Notes under the pieces: model-generated
Databases searched by the model: none
The model's input: the letters and a program-made list of their open reading frames with translations, nothing else
Told to the model about the DNA's origin: nothing
Part shown: one piece after another, positions 13,540 to 27,394 of the stretch
Layout of the letters: each line of letters opens with the position of its first letter
How positions within the stretch are numbered: the first letter of the stretch is position 1
Source: Narcine bancroftii
Taxonomy: Eukaryota
DNA: 64,000 nucleotides
Assembly: GCF_036971445.1 (NCBI RefSeq)
Contig: NC_091473.1
Span: forward strand, 206,584,001-206,648,000
Reading direction: 5' to 3'
Made by a program: the position numbers and the translations under genes

Positions 13540-13995
13540 TGGACCAAGCACAGAAAATATTCTTATGGATGTTTCCCAGACTTCTTGAGCTGAGTTACAG
13601 GGAAAGGCAACAGGATAAGTATTTATTCACCGGAGCATAGAAGAAGGAAAGGAATTTCGATAGAGCTTTTTAAAATTATGAGGGGGTGCAGAGAGCATAA
13701 ATGTACGTAGGTTTTCTTCTGTGAGTGTCGGTAAGATACAAACAAGATGACATGGTCTAAGAGTGAAATGGGAAAAGGTTAGGGAGAACCTCTTCACACA
13801 GAGAGTGGAGGGAATTTGGAGTGAGCAGCGAGCTGAAGTGGTGAAAGCATGATCAATTTTAATTATTAAGAGAAATCCTGAAAAGCACATGGATGGTATA
13901 GGTATGGACCGGGTGCAGATCAATGGGTCTAGGCAGAATAATTGTTGGGAACACACTAGGATGTTTGTCTTGGATGCTCCATTTGTCTATGGATT
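13540..13995 (+). mobile_element. CR1 LINE 3' end
   Basis: LSYRER, ELFKIMRG, TRxHGLRVKWE and NLFTQRVEGIWSE motifs followed by the 3' UTR. Confidence 0.8.
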
Positions 13996-14814
13996 TTTAT
14001 AATGCAAACAAGGCCAGATATGAGACGTATCATTGTGGATTAGAGAATTGTTATGCTTTGCTTATCATGAATACTCAATATATTTTTGTAGCATTATTTC
14101 CATGATATTATCTTAATAGGAATGACTTGAAATTATTTCAACAAAGAAAACAGTTGTGAAACGTACATGCACAGTCCGAAATACCACAACATCACAGGGC
14201 CATCGATGCATTAAGCATCCTTGAAAACATTGAAGCGTCGAGGCAAAAGAGAACACAGATTTCTTAATGAAATAAATCATATTAAATATAAAAGCATAGA
14301 CGTAAAATATATAGACACGTTCAATGCTCGATCATGTAAGATATAGAAATAAGTTTTAATACGATATCCATTGAAACAATGTGGAAATACAGCACCTGTT
14401 GCCAAAGTTGAAATTTTAATCAGTCAGAACATATCCTCTGTGGAAATCTTATTGAAGTACATAGTACCTGTGCATCCTCGATGCACTGGCAATGTCAGGA
14501 GTGAAGCGCATTGGATTTCCAAGTGTTCAAGATTATCATGATTATATCAATTATTCAGACTGGGGAATCATGCAAAATATTTCAAATTTACCGATGTCGT
14601 AAAGAGCATTAATGAATCGGGTGTGCAATGGTTTCAAAGAGATAGAGATATTTCGCTTACATTTGAAGTAACGGAAACAGACGGCATTAAAATATTGCTA
14701 ACGTAGATTATCGTAACGGAACACTAATCTATTAAGTGTGTTATACATAAATATTTGCTGAACCATCCTCAGGGTTATAGAGCCATAAATGATTCGATGT
14801 ATTGAAAAGTAGCA

Positions 14815-15104
14815 TGTGCGGCCGCACACATCCATGACGGCAGGGGAACTGGCTCCATATTTTACGGCCCTGTCAGTGAAGCCACTGCGTCAAGATAGCG
14901 CTACCGCGAAAGTCTTTTCCGCAGGACAGGTTGGGTTCGCATGCGCTCGGGGCTGCAGAATGACGTCACTTCCGGCGCGCAGGCAGGACTTATGAGCGGC
15001 CTTATATCCCGTAGCGCGGGCAGTTAAAATAAACAACTGGAGTGCAAACGAACTCACTGTGCACCGGTTTCGTTCTTTTCACTTCCTGTTGCTGCCTCCA
15101 TACA
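14815..15104 (+). mobile_element. Probable short GC-rich gypsy-type solo LTR
   Basis: tgt...aca termini; a CpG-rich island in AT-rich DNA, with TGACGTCACTTCCGG, cttatat and aataaa in order. No clean TSD. Confidence 0.6.
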
Positions 15105-16599
15105 TGTATGTATTGTAGTAATGACAAAGGTATTTTATTTTTCGCCAATTATTTCCATGATGATTTGAGCACAAAGGTAGCAACTGCAACTTTGAACAAT
15201 GGGGAAACCTCGCAGGAAATGCCATTTATATATATAGGTTCTTTCCCCACGGAATTGAAAATATGTGAAGATAGAAAACAACGGATGCTCACTAAACTGA
15301 TTCTTTTGAAGCGACAGTTTATATGGCAAAGAATGAGAAGGGAGTTAACTTTCTCGTGTTTACAAATCGAGAATTAATCCAAATGAAGTGCATTAATTTA
15401 TACAGGACAAACCAGGATGGGCACAGGGATGTGACCCGAGGTTTAATACAGAGCACTATTATGCAAAAACAAGCCAATAGTCATTCGATCAATTTTTTTA
15501 GATCAACTCATCAACTGGGGGAGGAGTGAGCCCTGCAATGCATTTCGCAAAATAGCATCAATAACATCGGATGTCGGAGTCTCAGTACTGATAAGAACCA
15601 ACATGGAACTTTGACAATATTGCGACAGATGGAAGGAACTCTGTGTTTGCTGACGAAACATTATAGTACTGCATGGAAACGCTGACATTAATGAGGGATC
15701 TAAATTATAAACCTAGACAGGTTACGCTGTGAAGTCACGTTAGTGAAAGTGATACAAGCAGGTACAGGGATCGTGAATAGTTAGTGCAACTTTTCAATAA
15801 AGATAAAACAGAAAAGATGTGAAGAAATTTGCAACGACGATAAATAGCAATAGATCCAGTCTGGAATATTATATTATGTCTTAATGACCAACGTTAATTA
15901 TTTAAGTTTTATATCGATACAGGAATAAAGCACGTTAAAAGCATTTGATTTATCTATGCCAAGAGATTTAAAAGTGTTTGAAGAATACATTCCTCACCAG
16001 CTACCAAAAGATTTAATATTCTGTCAACTTTCCGATATTCTATCCGTGATCTTGGAGGATCCTGCAAAAATCGTCTGGGAGAATCCATGCGTTTACCAAG
16101 ATTAACAACTCGTACTGAGCAAATTTTCTAATAGTTCACCGTTTGTCATTGTAACTAAGATTGCCATGATTGTCACTCTCAATTTCAGCATTGTATTCTG
16201 TGCCATATTCAGCGCACCGAGCGTGTAATTTGTACCGACAGAGGATACTTGAGAATGAGCGAGTTTCTGATTATCAAGTATTCGAGATATGAAGTAAGTC
16301 TGAAAATTTTTCTCCCTTACAAGTAATAATGAAGATCAATCCAATCTGAGAAATATGACCGATAGTCTGTTTTATATTCTCAATGGGCTCATGACTATGA
16401 CACTTTCTGTAACATAACAGCATGGGAGAAGCAGGGGGAGGGGGACTAAAAGAGACAGAGGAACTACCGGCGATCTACCCTGACGTGCACAGGAGATTTA
16501 GATGAAGCTGTCTTCAAGAAGCGGTAAGTTATTAGGACAAAAAGCATATTATTTCGGGAGAATCAATACGTCAATTAAATTGAAGTAGCTTTGATCGGT

Positions 16600-16990
16600 G
16601 TTTCTAGAACTAGAGTATATCATGAAAATTAATATATGCATTACATTTTGCACTTGAGAAGGCACTCACTAAGGCGTGACCATGAATATTATAAAGTACT
16701 ACTTGGAAGATTGCCTTCAGTGTCAAATACTTAACTCAATTGGAACGCATTGAATTCCTGGTGCTGGAGGTATTTTGTGCATGGGTTATCGCTTTACGGT
16801 TTATAATCATGATTTTAATACGAATAACTAGTGCAACTTACCGAAATTTGCTGACATCCAAATGTAGGTGTGAATGTGAATGGCGAGGCGGACTGAAAAA
16901 TAGATTTTCTGCAATTGTAAACGAGTTTAGCGATTGGGCAACAAAAAAATTAGTTTTATAAAAATGAAATGAGGGAGAATCTCCGCTATC
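16600..16990 (+). mobile_element. Old CR1 RT fragment
   Basis: Degenerate INDxD...KFADI and EFSDWA motifs. Confidence 0.5.
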
Positions 16991-17094
16991 TTGCAGAGTC
17001 CATGGGAAGTAAAGTTATTTAATCGGCATTTCGGGCCTGAGCATTTCTTCAATGAGTGTGCATAGCTACCAAATGGTTTATATATCTATTATTG

Positions 17095-18505
17095 CTGCGA
17101 AACCACTGTTAAAATGTATCTCCTGTTTTGAGATGCAGACAATGGCTCGTCGAGGTCCACATGCACGTGTTTTAACTTCATGTGTACCAGTGGAAAAGGC
17201 TGAAGAAATGCCTTCATGTGCCACTGAATTTTGGCTGTCTGGCAGGAGGTTCATGTAAGTGCCCACTGAGCGACGTTTTTTCTTAGTCCATGCCATATGT
17301 ATTTTTTTTTCATGAGCTTGACTGACATTTGATGGATGGATGAGTCAAGCCATGTATCTGGTCGAAATGGCGTCACCTCCAAGATGCCAGAATCAATGGT
17401 TTAGTGTAACTTAAAGACAGATTATGAAGAAGTGTTGGGCCGCTCTGTTGTGGTGCCACCCGTTGTATAGCCGTACTGTATACCTGAACATCTGGGTTTA
17501 AGGTCTGTGCACTGACCAATTCAGGAATGTCGATTCCACCCTGAATATGATATACAGTATGTCTGGACAGCATATCTGCAATGAGATTGTCTTTCCCTTA
17601 AGCATCGTGTACGTCCGTTGTGAATTCTGAAACGTACAATATGTAATGCTGCTGTCCTGCCGACCATGCATCCGTTATTTTGATGAAGGCAAAAATAAGT
17701 AGCTTATGATCCATAAACATATTGAAATACCAGCCTTCCAAAATATATCGGAAGTGCCGTATGGCTAGGTACAATGCCAACAGTTCCCGATCAAATGTAC
17801 TATATTTCTCTTCCGTTGGCCTTAAATGCCTGCTGAGGAAAGCGAGGGGTTGATAATGGCCATTAACTACTGTTCGAGAACCGCACCCACGGCCATACTT
17901 GAGGCGTCAGTGCTAAGTCCCAAAGTACCCTCAGGGTTTGGGTGGGTGAGCATTGCTGCTTTGGCCAATGCCTCTTTGACAGTCGTAAATGCATCCTCCA
18001 ATTCTGATGTCCAGGTAACTTCCCTGCGCTTGATGGAGACGATCTGAAACAGTGGCCGAAGAATGTCTGCAGCGGCAGGAATAAACCTGTGATAGAAGTT
18101 TATCGGGTCCAAAAAATTATGCAGTCCCTTAACCGTGGTAGGTTTGGAAAAAGCATGGACTGCGTCGACCTTGCTGAATAAGGGAACTATACCGTCGGCC
18201 ATGATCTTGTGTCCTAGGAAATCAATGGTTGATCCGCCAAATTTACATTTGCCAGGATTGATAGTGAGACGAATTCCTCCATGTGTAAAGGGCTGACGAT
18301 ATGCAGGTGGTGATCCTGCTGAATTTGACAGGTTACGAGGATATGATCCACGTAGATGTATGCAAACACCAAATCCCTGCCTAAAGCGTTCATTAGAAGC
18401 TCGGACAGCCAGGTTTTGTCGTTTATGTGTTCTTTCAAAATAGGTAGGTGGGAGTAGACTGACTTCAGCACTTATGTTGACAAGATACGTGCGCTTATCC
18501 ACATC
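17095..18505 (-). mobile_element. Gypsy/Ty3 pol remnant (protease, RT, RNase H, integrase) with internal deletions
   Basis: YLVNISAEVSLLPP (PR), AYIYVDHILV, INPGKCKFGGSTIDFLGH, TDASSMAVGAVLEQ, FDRELLALYLAIRHFR, WHGLRK and HVHVDL. Confidence 0.9.
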
Positions 18506-19205
18506 ATCTTGAATTTTACCTTCCAATTTATGAACTCTCTTTGAAACATTATTTATCACCTTTGTCAAATATAATATAACATGTATCCACAGTTTAAAAT
18601 TATTCTGCAAAGCTTCAGAATATCCATCTAGTTTAGCCTCATTTTTACTCATTTATTACTTTAAAAAATGTCTTCCCTCTAATTCGACCCTGTTCTGAAC
18701 TTGACATTTCACCTTCACTGTCATACTCTTCTGAATCCTCCTCGACTGCAGATGTATCACCTTCTTGTTCAGAATCCGAAACGTTGGACTGCCCCTTTAA
18801 GAAACTCAATTTTTTTTCCCATTTCTTTTTCCTTCTGTAGCATGCATGCTCGACCTCGCAAATTCATGATATGGTTTTAAGATTTCCTCCGGCGCCATCT
18901 CTATGGGGTGCCGCAAAGAAGGCTTCAGAGGCAGGTCTGCCAAGGTATTCGCTGGGTGTATCCAGAGGAGATTTCAGCGGCCTGCTTCATTGAGGTAGGC
19001 TCAATTTCTCTTTTCATTTTTTCCAAAATTTTTGAAGGAGTTGCTTTTAGATTCTTTTTCCCCTTTGGCGAAATTTCTTTTTCTTCTGTTAATTATTTTA
19101 AAATAATTAGGGTAGTTTTATTAATTTAACTTTTCTTAATATGATCTTATTTTAATTGATGCTGCTGGATCCGATAGGTGCGTGGTGCTTCTCACAGAAT
19201 CCCCC
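18505..19205 (-). mobile_element. L1/Tx1 LINE 5' end (5' UTR plus ORF1 start); cassette copy 1
   Basis: Colinear with 35045-35780 and 44485-45238 and followed by the same X segment. Confidence 0.8.
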
Positions 19206-19209
19206 TAAA

Positions 19210-20174
19210 AACACATTTGACTTTATGAAGTAGAACGCAGTAATATTGCTTTCAGGAGCACCAACAAGGAGTTAAAATATTTATCCCGGTTATCTTAATG
19301 TCAAATGAAAAAATATAGATAATAGCAACCAATGAATTTGAAGAACAAAAGATGTGAGACGACATTAAAAATGGGCGAACACAAGCCTTCAGTCAACACA
19401 TATAATGGACGTCGAATAGGTACCGACGTGCAGGTTTAGAGGATACATTGTGCAGGACATCAAAGTAGACATTTGTGTTTGGTTTCAGACTAAAATTATT
19501 GGATCCACTTTAACTCGTTGCATATATTGAAAATCCTGGTAATTTGGATAGTCTCCAAAAAAAATCTAACATGAAATGAAACCTTGTCAACGGACGTTCG
19601 AATTGAATTTCAAATTCTCTAGACCAATTATCTTGTATTTCAGTTTCAGGATTCACCACAAATATCTAGATGAAATGTTTGAGGTCACTCTGAGGAAATA
19701 CTCGGGTTATGGGAAAAATCAGATTTTGTGCAAACTCGCCTCGCTGTCAACACCAAGAGCGTAGGAATATCAAACTGTTTAATAGCCGGCATACAACTAA
19801 TCGACTCCTCATTTATTATTTAACCTTAAGCCGCATTTGTGGTGTTAATCAACTGAATCCTCGGAATAAAATTGTCTAATGTATTTGAAAAACCTAGTTT
19901 TACCAACTTCCGTTGTATATTGGTGCACCCTGTGAAGGTGTATGGTTTACTACCACCTTGGTAACTCTTCCCAATGTCGTCATTTCCCCTTGTCCCAGAT
20001 CTGTTTAGGTTCAGTCGTGATACTTTTGTCCATCAGTAGCAAAATACATTTCAGTGTCCGTCATTTAATCATAACCATGTCTCTCCTTTGACTGTTTTCT
20101 CCAGTATCTGAATTTTAATGGTGTATTGCTTACACTCCTTCCTCGATTACAGATAATGAATATGAATATTCGCC
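19210..20174 (+). repeat. Locus-specific segment X, copy 1
   Basis: Homologous to 35788-36845, 45246-46125 and 56565-56775 (e.g. ggaatatcaaact.gttta, tttaccaactt, gatctgttt.ggttcag). Confidence 0.85.
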
Positions 20175-22750
20175 ACTCATGTTTAAATAACCTTAAATTT
20201 TTCCTCATTCTTCTATGCTGCAGGGAATAATATTCTAACCTATAACTGAGTTACTGAAGTCCGGGCAATATCCTAGTAAATCTTCTCTGTACTGATTATA
20301 CCTTAATTCTATCCTACCTGCAGTTCAGTGACCTGAACTGGGCACAATAATCCAAATGTGGCCTCACCAATGTCTTAAATAACTTTACCATTACATTGCA
20401 ACTCGTATTCTCCATCATTTGATTTAAGAAAGCCAGTATGCCAAAAGCTCTCCTTATAAACCTATCCACCACTTTCAGGGATTTATGTATCTGTATCCCC
20501 AGATACCTATGTTGTTCTGCACTGCACAGTGCCCCACCATTCACCGTGTATGCTCTTTCTGGTTTTGTCCTTTCAAAATACACCACACATGCCTGAATTG
20601 AAGTCCATCTGCCATTCTTCAGCCGATTCATCCAGCTGGCCCAGATCCCTCTGCAAACTTAGAAAACCTTCTTCTCTGTCCAACATACCACAAAATTAGT
20701 GTCATCTGCAAAGTTGCCGATCCATTTTACCACATTATAATACAGATAGATATAGATGATAAATAACAATGGTTACAGCACCGATCTCTGTAACACACCA
20801 CTACTCAGAGGCCTCAAGGCTGAGAAACAATAACCCACATTACTATGAGTTAACTCCAGTCCAAATATCGCAGAATCAAGTTCACTCCGTCATCTAGAAA
20901 AACCCACTGTCTGAAACTTTCTGTCTAATTTCGCATGTGACACATTACGAAAGTCCATGTTGGCAACATATACCGCCTTTCCTTCGTTAACATTCCTTTT
21001 AACTTCCTCGAAAATTCAATAAGATTGCGTGAATGCGATCTACCATGCACAAACCCATGTTGACTATCACTAACCATTTTCTGGCTATCCAAATTATTGC
21101 ATACGCGATCATTTACAAACCCTTCCAATAACGCCCTTATGACTTACGTCAGGCCCACTAACCCACTGTTTCGAATTACTGTGGGAATATTCTTTTTTTT
21201 AAAAGGGAGAACGATGTTCTAGCACCAAACACATGACTAAGGATATTTTAAATATTTCTGCCAGACTATCTGTAATTTCAACACTAGGTTTCCTCAAGTT
21301 CCCGGGGGAAAAATTATCAGGCACTGGGGATTTATCCACCCATATTCTACTTTAAAGAGCAAGCACCTCATCCTCTTTAGTTGGTATAGATTCATTATTT
21401 CGCTGCATGTTTTCCATACTTTCCACTACTTTTTGCCAGTTTCTGTGAATAGTGATTAAATAAACATTTAAGATCAACCCCATTTCTTGATTCCGCACTA
21501 AGCCGTCCACTGTGATCTTCAAAGGGACAGATTTTATCTCTTATTAACTTTTTGCTCTGAATTTACCAGTCGAAAACCTTAAGATTTTCCATCACATTGT
21601 CTTCCACACCAACCTAATTCCTTCTTTTAGCATTACTGATTTCTGCCTTTGGCATTACCTTGACTATTTTTATTCCTCAATTACATCAATTAGTCCATGG
21701 TTCCTGGACCTGCTAAAGATCTCTCACTTCATTTGAACCATACCTCCAATATACCTCGAAAAAAAAAGCTTCCCTGTGCCTGATGACCTTGCGTTTAATC
21801 TTGACAGGAATATGCAAACTCTGCACTCCGAAACATTCACCTGTTAATGCTCTCCACTTACTGTCACACCATTGCCCGAAATCCACGTATTCTAGATCCT
21901 TTATCATTTCCTCAAAATTGAAAATATTTTTGTAATTTTATAATTTCAACAGGAGGCCCAGGACTAGAAGTCTCCATAATGAAATTAATGGCATATTGAT
22001 AACTGGACTCACACACTGTACCCTTACACATACTTCTCTCTCCTGCCCTGTCTTGTTCCCTACTAGGAGTTTAGATATACACTCATCCTAGTTGGTACCT
22101 CTATATATTAATTCATAATACTTTTTCCTGAACACAATTGACAAACTCCAGGCCATAAATCTGTTTTCAATTATGGGACTCGCTGTGAATACGTAGAAAG
22201 TTAACATCACAAACGAACACAGGCTTATGTTTTCTCCAGCCTTGTAATACCTCGAAGAAGATTTGCTCCACCAATTCGCCCTGATTATTGGCTGGTGAAC
22301 AAAATAATCAGACGAGTGTGGTCATACATTTGTCGTTCCTCAGGTCTACCAATGTAGCATCAGTAGATTATGCCTTTGGTCTCTTGTGCATTAGCACAGT
22401 TGTGCAAATTTCCCTGACGAGCAATGCCACTCCTCCACCGTTTATATCCATTCATATCACTTCTAAAGGAATGGAAGCCCAGAACATTGAGATACCACTC
22501 CAGCCCCTCCTCCAGCCAAGTTTCACCTATGGCCCTCATTCATAATTCCATGATCCAATCCACGCTCTAAGTTTTCTTCCCTTTTCATTGAAATAGATAT
22601 ACCTGAAAACATTTCCACCACCTACAACCTAATAATCTTTAACAGTGCTTGGAATTTGCACATCACCTTTTACCACATCCACTCCTATATATGCTCTGGA
22701 ACCCATTTCCTTTCACCTGAAAACCTAGTCTAAACCTTCCTGAGCAGCGT
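20175..22750 (-). mobile_element. CR1 LINE ORF2 (APE to RT) remnant
   Basis: SDSQHGFVHGRS, RIGNFADDT, YLGIQIHKSLKV and KTLVRPHLDYCAQF. Confidence 0.9.
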
Positions 22751-23399
22751 TGCTTATGGTAAATTAGCTCTGACAATCTATGGTAAATCCATGAAAACTG
22801 ACGTAGGGCGAATATTCCAATTCCTGATCGACAAAAATGAGGTTACGAAATAAACACAATAGCAAACTAACAGCCTATAGGAATTTCAGTAAAACCATGA
22901 GAGATGCATTGGTGAATTTAAAGACAGAAAGAGGAGACAGGCGAATGGACACAGTACATAAAAATCCCCGATGTAAATTATATACCAATGAGAATTGATT
23001 GCAAATGTTTTACAACCAATATCACAGGTCATGGGAAAACATCTACATTCCGTGCAACGTGAATATGCACAGAGGTAGTGGGAAAACAAAGTTGCAAATG
23101 AAGTTCATGTTTTGTAAACGGATGTAAGTTGGTTAAATCGCTTTGGGAGCCAGGACACAGAAATAAACCGTTGATTTATCCTTTGCAGTGCGGAATTGGT
23201 GGATATAGTGAATTTATCTCTAAACTGGATACTTACATAAATTTGGTTCACAGGAATCTGCTTCCGTTACTTTAAATTTTGAATATTACCTTTAAACAGG
23301 TAATATTCAGGAAGATAATAACAGGAAGACATGTCTTGATGCTGACGGTGCCGATACACATAGTAGGATCTCATTGCAGCTAAAGTTCGCATGATCGCC

Positions 23400-23990
23400 T
23401 TGTGTCTTCACTATTGAGAATGGAATCTGTGTTAGAGATTCTCATTGACACCGATTTTAGAAAAATATTTCGAAACACGGCTGTATTATATTTATACAAT
23501 TTCCATATTCCTGTTTTATGTTAGAAGGGTTGTAATAATTTTGTAGAGAGTACAGAAATTAACCACCATTAGTCCTCGAATGGAAGGGATAATACGAGAA
23601 ATGTTCATTCGTTCTTGGGCTATATTAGATGAATGACATGGGAACACATAGAAATATTTCGAATACTGAAAGGATTCGACAGTGTAGATGTGAGTAAGAT
23701 ATTTCCCTTGGTGTGTGAATCCAGGACAAGAGTGCACAGTCTGAGATATAGAAGGTACCAATTTAAAACAGAGATGAGGAGAAATTTCCTTTGCCATAGA
23801 ATCAGAGATTTGAGGAATTCGTTGCCACATATAGCTGCGCAGGCAATATCATTGGGGTAGCTTTAGTGGGATTTTTATGGGTATCTAAGGTTATGTGGAA
23901 AAGGACGGAACTTGGAAATCTATTTTAAAACAATTTATATCAGGGTGGATTTTCGGAGAAGACAGGCTGGACCGAATGGCCTACTTATTT
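23400..23990 (+). mobile_element. CR1 LINE 3' end
   Basis: IEIFRILKGFDSVD..FPLVCESRTRVHSL..FKTEMRRNF, then a 3' UTR ending in gaccgaatggcctact. Confidence 0.8.
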
Positions 23991-24170
23991 TCCTTTATCT
24001 TGTGATATTGTGATTATTTTTAATGTCTGTGAGAGCGTGGCATAATATCTCCAAATACTCCTCATATTTTCACTTCTTACATCAATCCTAGGACTTGCCT
24101 TTGAAATACAACCTTCTTGCGATGCGACCTCAGATTGTCTGGCTACAAACTGATTCATGAAACACACCCC

Positions 24171-26917
24171 GGGGGGCGTGGCAAGATGGCGTCGAGTCTA
24201 GACGTTTAATCTCGACCTCTCTGGCCAGACATTTAAGAACCCGTTTTTAACTTTTTGTTTTTAAGTTTAAACTTTTTAAAAACTTAGTTTAAAGTATCAA
24301 GGAACTGTTATGGCCATTAATGGTAAAACGGTTAAACTTCAAGTGCAGAAGAAATTACATTTTCCGTGTGTTGAAGATTTAAAGCCTACAAAACCTGCTA
24401 CAGCTTCAGATTTATTGACTATGGGAGCTGAAAAAAATGACTACTATTCACTAGGAGAAGGATATCGCTGGAATTATTCATTCTCAGGAGGAAGGTGTGT
24501 ATTCCCAAGAAGAGGATTTTGATTCTGGCAGCCTGCCAACTTTAACAGAGAGAACTCGTAGGAAAATGACTCCATTGTTTGTAACCACTCAGGCAGTACC
24601 CCAACCTGAAGACCTTAATCTTGTCCGTGAGTTCTTGAAACAACAGCGAGTTGTGTGGGGAAATCAGCATCAATCACCTGAAGAGGCCGGGGTGCCATCG
24701 CTGGGAGTTGAAACTTGCAGTAAATTTGTTAAAAAATCTGTTGGAATGCTTGCTGTTGAGCTGCAGCAGGAGCTGCAGTTATCTGGTTCTGACACTACGT
24801 TAAAGAAAACAGGGTTGAGTCTTTCTGAATTAAAACTTAACCTGTTAAGTACTGTTACTCAGCCGATTATGCAAGAATTGGCTCAAATGAAAGAGAGTAT
24901 GCGGTCAGAATTCACTACAGTGAATGCACGTGTGGAAGTATTTTCTGAAGATTTAAAAGAAAATCAGTCTGCTTTTTTGAAATGTAAACAGCAAGTGGCC
25001 TCAAATACAGAAAAAGCGATGGAGATGGAAAAAATCTGTTAAAGAATTGTGAGAACGTGAGAAGGAGTTGGAGAGAAAAATAGATTATTTGGAGAAGCAA
25101 AGTAGAAGGAATAATGTGAAGATTGTTGGTTTGCCGGAAGGTTTGGAAGAACAAGATCCTCTTCGTTTTTTTTACAGAATGGATCCCACAGATATTGGGG
25201 CAAGAATTTTTCTGTGGAGGCTTGGTATTGGAAGAGCTCATAGAGCCTTAAGAAGAAGGCCTCTACCTGGTCAATCACCGAGACCCATGATGATTTGATG
25301 CTTGAATTATTTGGACAGAGAAACAATACATTGTCTAGCAGTGCAAAATGCGAGACAACAAGCTCCGTTAATGATTCAGATTTTTTTATCCCGATTTGAG
25401 TCAAGAGGTTATTTAGTGTCGGCGTCAATTTAATCCAGTTAAAGAAGTTTTGTGGTGTAAAGGCTATAAATCTACTTTGCACTATCCGGCAGTGTTGAAG
25501 GTATTTTGTGGAGACTTTCAATCTCGGTTTTTTTGAGAATGAGCATGAAGCAATGATTTTTCCTGATTCATTGCCAGGTGTACGAGGACAAAGACGTTGT
25601 CCACCATTGTCTCCTCAAGAAAAATCTGGTTGTTCTGGAAATGGAAGAAATGGTAGAAATGGGAGAAATGGGAATGGAAAGAGTCTAGCTTCTCCTGAAA
25701 TGGGGTCGATGAGTTTGGAATCTCTTGGATGAATAGAAGAAATTTCTTAGTCTTACTTTATTTTTTATGTTATTATGATATCTTGTTGTTATTCTTTGTT
25801 TGGCTGGGGAGGGAGAGATTTGCTCTATGTTCTATTAGTCATCAGCCACTGGTGGGTGATCCACGCCCAAGATTGGCTTAGGGATTACTACCTTTGCTAG
25901 TTTTCTTGGGATTTTTTTACTTTATCTTTTTTCTATTTTTTTCATTTTTATTTTATTTAGCATTTAATTTGTGGTTTCTTTTTCTCCTATTGGAGGGCCT
26001 ATTTATGTTGTTTTGTGTTTTTATATATAGATGTTATTAGTAATATTAGTAGATATGTCAAAGTTGATGTTTGCTATTTTTAATGTTCGAGTTTTAAATA
26101 CATCAATTTTTGTTTAGATGGAATGTAAATTTGTTACAGCAATATAATGTCCCTATATTAAAATATTTAATGAAGTTATGAAAAAAAGAGAAAGAAAATG
26201 ATAGATATTAGTGATGAATGTTTGGCCTTGACTCCGTTGAATAATAATCAACTTATTTATTTCTCAATACATAATCGAAGTTTATTACATTGGAGATTTA
26301 AAGGTGTGGAAAATTTGGGATATTGTTTTAAAGAAGGTAAATAATTTTTATCTTTTGATCAGATGAGGGACACTTGTGGTATTGATAAGAATTCTTTGTT
26401 TCTTTATTATCAAATTTGATATTTGGTAAAGCATGTGTTTGGTAGAGATATGATTTTACCTGAAGGGTTATATTTCAGTTATGTATTAAATATTACAGTA
26501 TATAAATTTCAACTTGCTTTTGTATATTTAGCATTATCTGTAGCGAAAAAATGTATTGCTAGTACGTGGAAAGATACGAATATGATTGATATTAATAGAT
26601 GGCATAATGAAAAAACTCGCATATGTTTTGCGTGATAACTATAGTTTTTTTATTAATAAGTGGTTGTAATATTCAGAATATTAACATTTTGATTTACATT
26701 GATTAGATCTTAATATGTATGCTTATTTTTTTTCTCTTTTTATGGCTCTCCTTAGGAGAGTTGGCTTAAAGAGGGGGGTTCTCTTTTTTCTTCTCTTTTT
26801 CTTTTTTCTTTCTTTTTTCTTTTATATATATAAAATATATCGTTCATGTTTAGTTTATTGTGATGTATGTTACTTATTATCTGTATTTTGAAGGAATAAA
26901 TAAAGTTTTAAAAAAAT
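24171..26917 (+). mobile_element. Internally deleted L1/Tx1 LINE (5' end, ORF1, start and end of ORF2, poly-A)
   Basis: Starts ggggggcgtggcaagatggcg. ORF1 motifs LEKQSRRNNVKIVGLPEG and RAHRALRRRPLPGQSPRPM. ORF2 start MSKLMFAIFNVR at 26055. C-terminal LALSVAKKCIASTWK..RWHNE. aataaa plus A-tail. Confidence 0.9.
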
Positions 26918-27394
26918 AAGCCACGCCATTTCTTATTTGAGGTCCAACCAATGCGTGGCCTCAGCACAACCACGTTATCTGCCGGGAAAATAACAAGTTA
27001 TTGGTTTAGGACTTACTAATTATTTAATGCGGTATTGAGGCATAGCGTTATGTAATCACAATAATAGAATTTACAAATATATGTTGATTAATATATAATA
27101 ACCAGAACAAAAACTCTAAAAACACCTTACTAATTTTCCATAACCCTTAATAACTCTACTAAACTATAGCCAAAATATAGTATGCATGATAACACGATAT
27201 ACAGCTATATATTGATTTGGGATGCTTCAGATGATGCTCTAGGAACTCAAATAAAACATTTTTCTCTTAAGACCTTTACTCGTTTTAGGGGGAAACTTCA
27301 CCGGTTGGAGGATTCAAATAAACTATTTATAACTTTAGTCCCATTATTCCAGCATACGAACTACAAAACTTGTAAAATTACAGAATATTTATCC

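Noticed and set aside
24175-26927. 8-bp inverted match ggcgtggc / gccacgcc flanking the L1
   Set aside because: Too short, and the element has LINE ORFs and a poly-A tail, so it is not a TIR transposon.
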